A stretch of 64,000 nt of DNA from an uncultured Phycisphaerales bacterium (GTDB lineage Bacteria > Planctomycetota > Phycisphaerae > Sedimentisphaerales > Anaerobacaceae): NCBI GenBank assembly GCA_963772725.1, contig CAVYYI010000001.1, positions 288,001 to 352,000 of the forward strand. The letters are read 5' to 3'. Below, piece after piece: positions 1-8,781 of this stretch (position 1 is the first letter of the stretch; every line of letters starts with the position of its first letter). A program made the translations under genes and the position numbers. The notes under the pieces were generated by a model, which worked only from the letters and a program-made list of their open reading frames with translations, did not search any database and had not been told where the DNA came from.

Positions 1-2
1 GA

Positions 3-2615
3 TGGTCGAACTGTCAGCAGGATTTAAAATCTCTCAATGATTGGCTTAATTCTCCTGATATGCAGCAAGTCGCTGGCTCCGAGGTTGTTGTTACAGAGGA
101 TAAAAATGGCAATCGTACGTGGTTATACAAAAATGTGCAAGGCGGAGGCAGAAACAAAGTGCAGGGTCCTTATGCAAATGGAACGACAAATCCATTCTTT
201 GCCGGCCAGAAAACTACATTAACAGCGAAAAAAACTTATCTAAAAGGCGATTCAATAGTTTGGGAATTTGAGGAGCAGCCGGACTTTACGCTCACCGGCA
301 GGCTTATGCTGCCAGTTCCTTTGGGCGACCCGCAGATCACCTATGATTTGATAGTTAAAAAGGCTGGTTATTATTCCGTTGCTTTTACCGGTGTGCCGTC
401 AACGCCAGCCGACAAAGCCATTTCTGTGCCGCAGGAATGCGGGGGCAAAGGGGGCAGACAACTTAATTTTGCTATGTGTGAAGGTTATATGAAATTACCG
501 CGGGCACATATCGCGACCGAAAAATTAAATTCGGTTATCATTGTTGACCCGAACGAAAGCCCTTTTAGAATCCCTGACAGGAGCAATTCCCGTTTCAGTG
601 TTATGATTGAAAGAACGAATAGCCAACTGAAACCGATAATCTTTGCGCCGATAATGGGCGGTTATGAATCACAAATGAAAACAGGGAATAAATACAGTTT
701 TACTGTTCGTTATGTCTTAAGACCAGGTGACTGGAAAGACACTTACAGGTATCTGGCTCGAAATATTTATGGTTTTCGTGATATGCGGGATAACAGCGGG
801 CCGGGTTCGTTAAACAATACACTTGAAAACATTCTTGATTATTTAATCGACAGGGACGGTCACAATTATGCGATGTGGGACCCGGAGCAGAAATATCACT
901 ATTACTGTGATAAACCAGGCGTATTCAAACCGTTCTCTCCGCTTTTTGGAATGTCTGTGGTGCTTGTAACCGACGATGAGGAACTATACAAAAAGAAGGT
1001 TCGGCCTATTGTCGAATTTGCTGTATCTCGCAAAAGCAACATTTTTTCTCCTTACGAAACTTTTGACAACGGTCAGATTAAATCACGGAACAGAGAACTC
1101 GGAAGCCCATATCCCAGTACCGTTCAATTAACAAGCCTTTCACAAATGTTTCAGGGACGTACTTACGCCTTTAAGTTTTATATCGAACAGAAAGGCTTTT
1201 CAAAATCTGATTTTATTGATTTATTATCACAATATAGAATGACGGGCAATAAAGATTATCTGTCTGCTGCGGTAAAAGTCGCTGACCGGATGACAGCAAG
1301 CCGCTCCGCGGGGGATTACATGAATTTTATTGAAATATATGAAGAAACCAAAGACGAGAAATATCTTAAAGCGGCAGTGGAAGGCGCTTATGCAAGGTCG
1401 GCAGCGATGAATCTTTTTCCAGTTGTTCCTGATACTTTCATAACTGTTGACAAAAATAATGAAGTGCCGATACATGCTCATTCCTACGGTCGTCATAAAG
1501 TCTGGGGATTTCCTCCGCCTAAGCCTTTTCATGCGCCTCAGCAGACTGTACCGGCCTGGCGCGTTGCATTGACTGGTTTTGAGTCTCCTGCTTACCGCGG
1601 TGAGTTCTGGCTCAATAACAACGGTCAGCTTATGCGCCTTGCCACTTATGCCAAAGACGATTTTCTGCGAGACTTTACACGCTGGGCAATGGTCGGCAGA
1701 TTCGCTAATTACGCAGGTGACAACCGCTCCAAAATATCGCTGGTTATCGAACAGCCCGATGCGCCGCTGCATCCCCTTTGGGAGACCGACTATGCCACAT
1801 TCAATCCAGGCCATTCATGGGAGTTTGTCGGCGCTGTAATTGATTTTCTTATTTCCGACGCTTTTAACCGCTCCGAAAAACAAATCGATTTTCCTTCCCG
1901 CTGTATGTATGAAAGTGGTTTTAGGGTAAAAGCCTATGGCGACAGGCCGGGACAGTTTTACGACGAAAACAACGTCCAGCTATGGCTGCCGAGACATCTG
2001 CTCAAATCGGATAATAAGCAGGTTGATTATGTCGCCGGCTATGGCAATGGTAAATTTTACCTTGCATTCTGGAACCAGTCATTCAAAACCGAGGATGTAA
2101 CAATCACACTCAATTCAGATTTGGTTGAATGCAATGGTGCCCATAAAGCGCGAATCTGGCAGGATAACAAAGATAAAGGCACTATTGAGATTTCTGATAA
2201 CACTGTAAAATTCACAATATCACCCAAAGGCATAGTTGCTTATGCCATTGAAGGCGTAAAGGTCAAGCCCCGCCTGCAGGCCAAGATGTTCGATAAAACC
2301 GCTGTTACGCTGGGCAAAGACAGTCTTGTTACATCTGATGCTCCTTTTGGCAAAGTTACCGCGATGCTTATCACGATGGGCAAAGGTCTTACATCATCTT
2401 TTGTTTATACCGATGCTCTCCCTGAAAACGTTATCTCCGCAAAACTGAAATATCGGCAGGGAAATGGGCCATGGCAGGAGAAGACCGATGCGATATTCCC
2501 TTATGAATTTTCATCGGATATTGATGAGAGCAAAGGCGATTTCCAGTGTATCTTTGAGGTAGAAACCGCCGAGCAGCAGGTTCAGCGTTCTGAAATTATA
2601 ACACTCAAATTTTAA
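3..2615 (+). CDS. Uncharacterised large protein, paralog 1 of 4 (5'-truncated by the window edge); probable six-hairpin/(alpha/alpha)-barrel carbohydrate-active protein
   Basis: Frame is open from position 3 (WSNCQQDLK...) into ORF 60..2615. It shares motifs FAPIMGG, SLNNTLENILDY, VPAWR, DAFNRS..IDFPS, YGDRPGQFYD and FPYEF with the ORFs at 29839, 34469 and 37388. Repeated YRMTGNKDYL / YEETKDEKYL helical motifs are typical of six-hairpin glycosidase folds. Confidence 0.8.
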   Translation, partial: WSNCQQDLKSLNDWLNSPDMQQVAGSEVVVTEDKNGNRTWLYKNVQGGGRNKVQGPYANGTTNPFFAGQKTTLTAKKTYLKGDSIVWEFEEQPDFTLTGRLMLPVPLGDPQITYDLIVKKAGYYSVAFTGVPSTPADKAISVPQECGGKGGRQLNFAMCEGYMKLPRAHIATEKLNSVIIVDPNESPFRIPDRSNSRFSVMIERTNSQLKPIIFAPIMGGYESQMKTGNKYSFTVRYVLRPGDWKDTYRYLARNIYGFRDMRDNSGPGSLNNTLENILDYLIDRDGHNYAMWDPEQKYHYYCDKPGVFKPFSPLFGMSVVLVTDDEELYKKKVRPIVEFAVSRKSNIFSPYETFDNGQIKSRNRELGSPYPSTVQLTSLSQMFQGRTYAFKFYIEQKGFSKSDFIDLLSQYRMTGNKDYLSAAVKVADRMTASRSAGDYMNFIEIYEETKDEKYLKAAVEGAYARSAAMNLFPVVPDTFITVDKNNEVPIHAHSYGRHKVWGFPPPKPFHAPQQTVPAWRVALTGFESPAYRGEFWLNNNGQLMRLATYAKDDFLRDFTRWAMVGRFANYAGDNRSKISLVIEQPDAPLHPLWETDYATFNPGHSWEFVGAVIDFLISDAFNRSEKQIDFPSRCMYESGFRVKAYGDRPGQFYDENNVQLWLPRHLLKSDNKQVDYVAGYGNGKFYLAFWNQSFKTEDVTITLNSDLVECNGAHKARIWQDNKDKGTIEISDNTVKFTISPKGIVAYAIEGVKVKPRLQAKMFDKTAVTLGKDSLVTSDAPFGKVTAMLITMGKGLTSSFVYTDALPENVISAKLKYRQGNGPWQEKTDAIFPYEFSSDIDESKGDFQCIFEVETAEQQVQRSEIITLKF

Positions 2616-2632
2616 TCTGATTGGAGAATATT

Positions 2633-3220
2633 ATGAAAAAATTACTGATAGTTATTTGCGTTCTTACTATTGGCGTAACGGTTATTGCTTTCGCCGCATC
2701 TACATCCGCTGGGAAATTTACGATAACCGATGAATTTGTCAAATATATTGAATCCGCAACGAATCCTTATGATTTTGGCGTGAGAAAAGACGGGAAATTT
2801 TATCCGTACTCTACTCATTATGGCAGAAGAATCGGCTATCGGCAGCCTGTACTCGACAAAAAATTCTATACGCAAGGCTGGTCTAAGCAGGACGCGGAAA
2901 AACAATTACGCCTCGATTTGGATAAAACTCTTCAGCAACTGCGTACTTTCATGTCAGAAAAATATTCCAACAATCCTTTCGATGGCCTAAAAAAGGAAAG
3001 TCAGGAAATTCTGCTCGATTTCGCGTATTCAGAAGGGATTGAGAACATAAAGCCGGAGTTTTTCAAAGTGGTAATAAATCAGGATTGGGATAAGCTGATT
3101 AATACCTGTATGTATGTTCGAATGCCAAACGGCTGGCCTGACGACATTAAAAACAGGGCGTTTGCTAATCGCTGGATTTACTCCACAAAACCGTTGATAA
3201 AACTTCCAGATACAAAATGA
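2633..3220 (+). CDS. Secreted phage/T4-type (GH24-like) lysozyme-fold protein with degenerate catalytic motifs
   Basis: GGAG at 2623-2626, then ATG 2633 and a signal peptide (MKKLLIVICVLTIG...AFA). The pattern FVKYI..N..G..KFYPY..RIGY..QGWSKQDAEKQLRLDL..QEILLDFAY..G..PEFFK..NQDW parallels GH24-like lysozymes. Recognised by eye, not by search. Confidence 0.55.
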   Translation: MKKLLIVICVLTIGVTVIAFAASTSAGKFTITDEFVKYIESATNPYDFGVRKDGKFYPYSTHYGRRIGYRQPVLDKKFYTQGWSKQDAEKQLRLDLDKTLQQLRTFMSEKYSNNPFDGLKKESQEILLDFAYSEGIENIKPEFFKVVINQDWDKLINTCMYVRMPNGWPDDIKNRAFANRWIYSTKPLIKLPDTK

Positions 3221-3242
3221 TATTTTTCAAGGAGAAAATTAA

Positions 3243-5627
3243 ATGTATAGTAAATTGCGGAACTTATTATGTTATCCTATTGTATTTTTAATGTTGGCTT
3301 TTCCAAATCATGTTTTTGCCAGCCGGTGGATACTGTGGTACAACGAACCCGCCAAGCAGTGGTTCGAAGCGTTGCCTTTAGGTAACGGCAGGCTTGGGGG
3401 AATGGTCTATGGAGGTATTGAGCGTGAGCATATTCAGCTTAACGAAGATACGGTCTGGTCTGGAAGCGAAAAGCTCGATTTTAACCGGAAGGGAGCTTAT
3501 AAATATCTGTCTCAAATTCGCGGGCTTTTATTCGATGGCAAGTACAAACAGGCAGAAGACCTCATAAAGGAGGAAATGAAGGGTCCCGATAATACCCACT
3601 GCTACCAGTCGTTAGGAGACCTTTGGATAGATACGAGGCCTGCCGGCTTTATCACAAATTATCGGAGAGAATTAGATATCCAAAACGCTGTTGCCGCAGT
3701 AACTTATAATGAAGGCGATGCTGAGTTTAAAAGAGAGGTTTTCTGTAGTTGGCCTGACCATGTGATAGTTGTTCGGTTAAGCTGTAACAAGAGGGGGCGA
3801 ATAAGTGTTGATGTGAATATGAATCGCGTCGAATGTGCAAAAACTTCCGTAACAGCACCTGACACTATTGTAATGAACGGCAGGGTTGATGAGGGTAAAG
3901 ACAGCGAGGGCGTAAAGTTTGAGGCACGTCTTAAAGCGAACGTTCAGGGGGGCAAGGTTTATGCAGACGGCTGTGGTCTCCATATTGAAAAAGCTGATTC
4001 AGCAATGCTGCTTTTGACAGCGAAAACTGATTATTATGGTGATGACCCGGCGGTAGTCTGCAAAAACCAACTGGCAGCGGCATCAGGTAAAACTTATGAG
4101 CAGCTGCGTGATGCACATCTTGCCGATTACAAAAAGTATTTTAATCGCGTTGATATTGAGCTTGGCGGAGAAAATAAATCGGATATACCAACCAACAAAC
4201 GGATTGAATCGATGAAGAGCGGCGAATCAGACCTTGGTCTTGTTGGGCTTTATTTTCAATATGGCAGGTATTTATTGATAAGTTCGTCACGAGAAGGCGG
4301 GCTGCCCGCAAATTTGCAGGGCTTGTGGAACAGAGAATTAAATCCCCCCTGGTTGTGCGGTTATCACCTCAATATAAATGGACAGATGCAGTATTGGCAC
4401 GCGGAAAATACCAATCTCTCAGAACTTCACGAACCTTTTTTTATACTAATAGATGGCATTCGCAGGCGAGGTACAGAAACTGCCCGCCAGCTTTATAATT
4501 GCCGGGGTTTTTGTGCACATCATAGAACTGATGTCTGGTGGTTTACCGGACAAAGCGGCAAAAATGTTGGAGCTACTATCTGGCCGACAGGCGGCGCAGA
4601 GACAACAAGCCATCTCTGGGAACACTATCTATATACTCAGGATAAAAAATTTCTTTCCGAAAAAGCATGGCCTATCATAAAGGAAGCTTCGCTGTTTTGT
4701 CTTGACTGGTTGGTGGAAAATCCTCAGACCGGCAAACTTGTCAGTGGACCTTCTATCTCACCTGAAAACCGGTTTATTGCCAAAGACGGCACCAAGGTTG
4801 GTGTGACGATGGGGCCTGCGATGGACCAGCAGATTATCTGGCAGACGTTTAATAACTGTCTTGGAGCAGCAAAAATTTTAAAAATTGAAGATAAGTTTGT
4901 ACAGGATGTACGCAAGGCTCAGTCCAATCTTGCCGGCCCTGAGATTGGCTCTGATGGCAGACTCCTTGAATGGGACCGTGAATTTCCCGAAGTCGAACCG
5001 GGCCATCGGCATATTTCTCATCTTTATGCTTTATATCCAGGTTATCAGATAACTCCTGAAGGTACTCCGGAGCTTGCTGTAGCTGCAAGAAAGACTTTGG
5101 AATATCGATTGGCTCATGCGGGCAGCACGGCTAAAACTGTCAACATTACACATGCAGGAAATACAAGCTGGACATTATCCTGGCTTGTAAACTGGTGGGC
5201 ACGGCTGCAGGACGGCGAAGAAGCTTACAAAAACCTTCTTGCATTGATTGGTAAAACAAGCTTTCCAAATTTATTTAGCTCGGCCCCGCGAGTTCCGCCG
5301 GTGTTTCAAAGCGATGGTGATATGACAGGCTCAGCCGGCATTGCTGAGATGCTCTTGCAATCGCACAGTATCAATCAAGGAGCAGGTGCTGGACCGATTC
5401 ACCTGCTGCCTGCTTTGCCAAATGCATGGAAAGATGGATATGTTAAAGGGCTGCGTGCCCGCGGAGGGTTTGAGGTTGGTATCAACTGGGCACAAGGAAA
5501 ACTCTCAAGTGCTGAAATTAAATCGCTTAACGGAAACAAATGTAAAGTAAAATACCAGGACAAGTATATAGAATTTGATACAGAAAAGGGTAAAACTTAT
5601 AAATTAAGCGATGAACTTATTTTTTAG
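3243..5627 (+). CDS. Glycoside hydrolase family 95 (alpha-L-fucosidase-like), paralog A
   Basis: Motifs [63 protein letters not shown] and [10 protein letters not shown]; signal peptide. Confidence 0.95.
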   Translation: MYSKLRNLLCYPIVFLMLAFPNHVFASRWILWYNEPAKQWFEALPLGNGRLGGMVYGGIEREHIQLNEDTVWSGSEKLDFNRKGAYKYLSQIRGLLFDGKYKQAEDLIKEEMKGPDNTHCYQSLGDLWIDTRPAGFITNYRRELDIQNAVAAVTYNEGDAEFKREVFCSWPDHVIVVRLSCNKRGRISVDVNMNRVECAKTSVTAPDTIVMNGRVDEGKDSEGVKFEARLKANVQGGKVYADGCGLHIEKADSAMLLLTAKTDYYGDDPAVVCKNQLAAASGKTYEQLRDAHLADYKKYFNRVDIELGGENKSDIPTNKRIESMKSGESDLGLVGLYFQYGRYLLISSSREGGLPANLQGLWNRELNPPWLCGYHLNINGQMQYWHAENTNLSELHEPFFILIDGIRRRGTETARQLYNCRGFCAHHRTDVWWFTGQSGKNVGATIWPTGGAETTSHLWEHYLYTQDKKFLSEKAWPIIKEASLFCLDWLVENPQTGKLVSGPSISPENRFIAKDGTKVGVTMGPAMDQQIIWQTFNNCLGAAKILKIEDKFVQDVRKAQSNLAGPEIGSDGRLLEWDREFPEVEPGHRHISHLYALYPGYQITPEGTPELAVAARKTLEYRLAHAGSTAKTVNITHAGNTSWTLSWLVNWWARLQDGEEAYKNLLALIGKTSFPNLFSSAPRVPPVFQSDGDMTGSAGIAEMLLQSHSINQGAGAGPIHLLPALPNAWKDGYVKGLRARGGFEVGINWAQGKLSSAEIKSLNGNKCKVKYQDKYIEFDTEKGKTYKLSDELIF

Positions 5628-5637
5628 GTGATAGCAA

Positions 5638-7203
5638 ATGTATCGACGAGATTTTTTAAAATTGATGGGCTTTGGTATAGCAAGCCCGGTGTTTTTATCC
5701 TCTGTTAAAGCGGTGAATGCGGGGGATTCAAAGTTGTTGAAAAAATCCAAGCCTAATATCGTCGTCTTCTTAACTGATGACGAAAGCTGGCTGGAGCGCA
5801 GCATTTACGGCTGGTCGAAAATCCCCACACCCAATTTCGACAGGGTAGCCAAAGAGGGTATTCTTTTCACCCATGGATACACCTCGGCTCCATCCTGTGC
5901 GCCATCGCGTGCTTCTCTTCTGACTGGTAGGAATTTCTGGGAATTGGAAGAGGGCGCTTTTATCCAGGCATGGCTTCCTGCAAAGTTTGCTGTCCTACCG
6001 GACCTGATGGAAGCGGGCGGCTATTATGCCGGATATACCGCCAAGGGCTGGGGACCGGGTATTTTGCCTCCTCAATCAGGACGCACGCGTAATCCTGCCG
6101 GCAATGCCTTCAGTAGTATCAAGCGTGAGAAACATGAAGAAGGTATCAACGACCTTGATTATCCGGCCAATTTTGCTAAATTTTTGGATACCTGCCCCAA
6201 AGGCAAGCCCTTTTGGTTCTGGGTGGGATGCACCGAGCCACATGAACCCTGCAGCGAGGATAACTATAAAAAACTCGCCGAGAAATACGCCATCAGTCTC
6301 GACGACATTAAAGTCCCCGGATTTTTGCCGGATACTCCAGGCGTGCGCCGTGGTCGCGCGAACATGCTCTACGAGGTTTGTCATACCGATATAGACCTTG
6401 GCAGAGTACTGGAAATTCTCAAGGAAAGGGGAGAACTTGAGAATACCCTCCTAATCGTAACCTCTGATAATGGCACCCAGATTCCAAGGTCAAAAGCCAC
6501 CCTGTACGACTGGGGTGTGCATGAGCCTTTGGCTATTATGTGGCCTGCCCGTATTAAGCCCGGACGGCGTGTAGATGATTTCGTCAGTTTCATTGACCTT
6601 GCGCCAACAATGCTTCAGGTTGCTGGACTGCCCGTACCTCCGGAGATGAGCGGACGCAGTATCCTCGATATTCTTGTTTCCGATGCTTCCGGGCAAGTGG
6701 ACCCTGCCCGCACGTGGATTGTTACCGGTTTGGAATGGCATGGGGAACTTGACCCAATCAATCGGGCCGGCAGAATGATTCGTAATGAACGATACGAGTA
6801 CATTGTTAACTATGGAACCGGAACCATATATGGGAAACTTTCACCCAAAAAACGCTTGCCGGACTCCGAGTATGAACAAACTGCCGAAACGGCCGATGCG
6901 GTCAAACTTTTGGAGAAGCATCCTGAGCATCCGGCGGTCAAGCGTTTCGTTCCGCTTCTTATGGAGCGTCATCCGAAGGAGGAACTATATGACCTTCAGA
7001 ATGACCCATGGCAATTGAAAAACCTGGCTGACTCGCCGGAACTGGCTGCGGTCAAGAAAAAACTCAAGGACCAGCTTGAAGCTTACCAGCGCAAGACTAA
7101 AGACCCTCGAATTACAGGCGACATGGCAATATTCGAACGTACTCGCAAATTTGTGCAGGAACGCAAAAAAAGCGGATATAAGGGTGGTGAGAAAAGTTCT
7201 TAA
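5638..7203 (+). CDS. Cys-type S1 sulfatase with Tat signal (N-sulfoglucosamine sulfohydrolase-like)
   Basis: Twin-arginine RRDFLK; PNIVVFLTDD; CAPSRASLLTGR (CxPxR); TSDNG; EELYDLQNDP. Confidence 0.92.
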   Translation: MYRRDFLKLMGFGIASPVFLSSVKAVNAGDSKLLKKSKPNIVVFLTDDESWLERSIYGWSKIPTPNFDRVAKEGILFTHGYTSAPSCAPSRASLLTGRNFWELEEGAFIQAWLPAKFAVLPDLMEAGGYYAGYTAKGWGPGILPPQSGRTRNPAGNAFSSIKREKHEEGINDLDYPANFAKFLDTCPKGKPFWFWVGCTEPHEPCSEDNYKKLAEKYAISLDDIKVPGFLPDTPGVRRGRANMLYEVCHTDIDLGRVLEILKERGELENTLLIVTSDNGTQIPRSKATLYDWGVHEPLAIMWPARIKPGRRVDDFVSFIDLAPTMLQVAGLPVPPEMSGRSILDILVSDASGQVDPARTWIVTGLEWHGELDPINRAGRMIRNERYEYIVNYGTGTIYGKLSPKKRLPDSEYEQTAETADAVKLLEKHPEHPAVKRFVPLLMERHPKEELYDLQNDPWQLKNLADSPELAAVKKKLKDQLEAYQRKTKDPRITGDMAIFERTRKFVQERKKSGYKGGEKSS

Positions 7204-7239
7204 ATACTAATATGCAAACTTTGAGTTAGGATAAAAGAT

Positions 7240-8781
7240 ATGAAAAATATTCATATAATTTTTTGTGTAATGGCGATTAGTTTGGCGAAAGGTAATATCT
7301 TTGCGGATGAAAAGGATATTGTCCTTTTTGATTTTACAAAAGGTTTTGATGTAAAAACGCTCGAAACAGACAATCTGTCTGCGAATGTGATTGATACAAA
7401 CAGCGGCAAAACGCTGCTTCTGACAGTAAAACCAGCAGAGGATTCCACGAGTATAACGTTTAAGGCGCCGCAGGGAAGCTGGGACCTTTCGGGCAAACGT
7501 TGTGTCGAGATGGATATAAAAAACCTCACGAACAAAAAAGCCGTTATGACGTTCTGGGCTCTTTCCGGGGCAGGCTGGGGTGGTGTAAGCAGTTCGTGCT
7601 TCGCGCCTTCGGGCAGAGAGACGCTCGAACCAAACAGTAACACTATGTTAAAAATTGATATACATGCAAAATATGGCGGTCCCGATGCCCATACCAAAGC
7701 AATAAATCCTGCTAAAGTAACGGCACTTCAAATTGTTTTTCACATTCCGAAAACTGACTATAAATTTGAGGTTGGTAATATACGCGCCACCGGAATAGGG
7801 CCGAGCGAGCCGCACGATATTTCCAGGCGAGTAATGGTTCCGGAAGTAACTTCGGCTGAACCTGCGCCCGGCAAAAGAGTCAGACAGGTTTTACCTGAAT
7901 ATGCCGGGACAAAGATTAGTCATATTCTTTGTCTGCCAAAAGACTGGAAGCCCGGAGTTCTGTATCCGATTATTGTTGAGTACACCGGTAATGTGTTCTA
8001 TCATAAGTTCTGTCACTCAACGGGATTTACCGACCAGGGTAATATGGCTTATGGTTTGTCAAAGAGAGAAGGATTTATCTGTATCAATATGCCTTTTGTA
8101 AGTGAAGACGGCCAAAGCGAGCAGATTAACGGCTGGGGCAGCCCTGAAAAGACAATAGATTACTGCATTAAGGCGGTACAGTATATTTGCGAGAATTATG
8201 GCGGCGACCCAGGTGCAGTTTTTACTACTGGTTTTTCACGTGGACAAATTGCCTGTAACTATATTGCTTTGCGTAATGACAGAATAGCCGATGTCTGGCT
8301 GGCATTTATAGGTTCAAACCCGGCAATGAAATGGACAGGAGGCGAAGGCTGGAACAAATCTGGTATCGGCTGGGACGAACGGGCAATAAGATTGAAGGGA
8401 CGGGCCTGTATTGTTGAAAAGGCAAATCTGGGTCCGGTACATGTGGACGTCGAATATCTGGAGGATATTCCTTCGACTTTAGCGACCCGCGAGAGAATAC
8501 GGGATGTTTTGAAGACCAGGCCCGGCACGCACACTATAAGCGGTAAAGTAACAGATAAAGATGGTAAAGGTTTGGCAGGCGTCAGGATTCAAAGCGGAGA
8601 GACGCACTTTACATTTACAGATGGCAGCGGCAATTATATACTTAAGAGCATTATCGATAGCGAACGAGAAGTTGCCGCATCTAAAAAAGGCTGTTCGTTT
8701 AAGTCTGACCGGATAAATGTTAAAATGGTCGGAAACGATGTTCAAAATATTAATTTTACAGTTTCTCAGGAGAAGTTATGA
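7240..8781 (+). CDS. Secreted multidomain protein: CBM-like N-terminal domain, alpha/beta-hydrolase (putative esterase), C-terminal carboxypeptidase-regulatory-like beta domain
   Basis: Signal peptide; WDLSGKRCVEMDIKN resembles agarase-type CBM-like domains; nucleophile elbow TGFSRG (GxSxG); C-terminal ISGKVTDKDGKGLAGVRI...TDGSGNY. Confidence 0.65.
   Translation: MKNIHIIFCVMAISLAKGNIFADEKDIVLFDFTKGFDVKTLETDNLSANVIDTNSGKTLLLTVKPAEDSTSITFKAPQGSWDLSGKRCVEMDIKNLTNKKAVMTFWALSGAGWGGVSSSCFAPSGRETLEPNSNTMLKIDIHAKYGGPDAHTKAINPAKVTALQIVFHIPKTDYKFEVGNIRATGIGPSEPHDISRRVMVPEVTSAEPAPGKRVRQVLPEYAGTKISHILCLPKDWKPGVLYPIIVEYTGNVFYHKFCHSTGFTDQGNMAYGLSKREGFICINMPFVSEDGQSEQINGWGSPEKTIDYCIKAVQYICENYGGDPGAVFTTGFSRGQIACNYIALRNDRIADVWLAFIGSNPAMKWTGGEGWNKSGIGWDERAIRLKGRACIVEKANLGPVHVDVEYLEDIPSTLATRERIRDVLKTRPGTHTISGKVTDKDGKGLAGVRIQSGETHFTFTDGSGNYILKSIIDSEREVAASKKGCSFKSDRINVKMVGNDVQNINFTVSQEKL

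Noticed and set aside
2633..3220. Prophage lysis module
   Set aside because: No holin, spanin, structural or integrase genes nearby; the gene sits inside the CAZyme operon.
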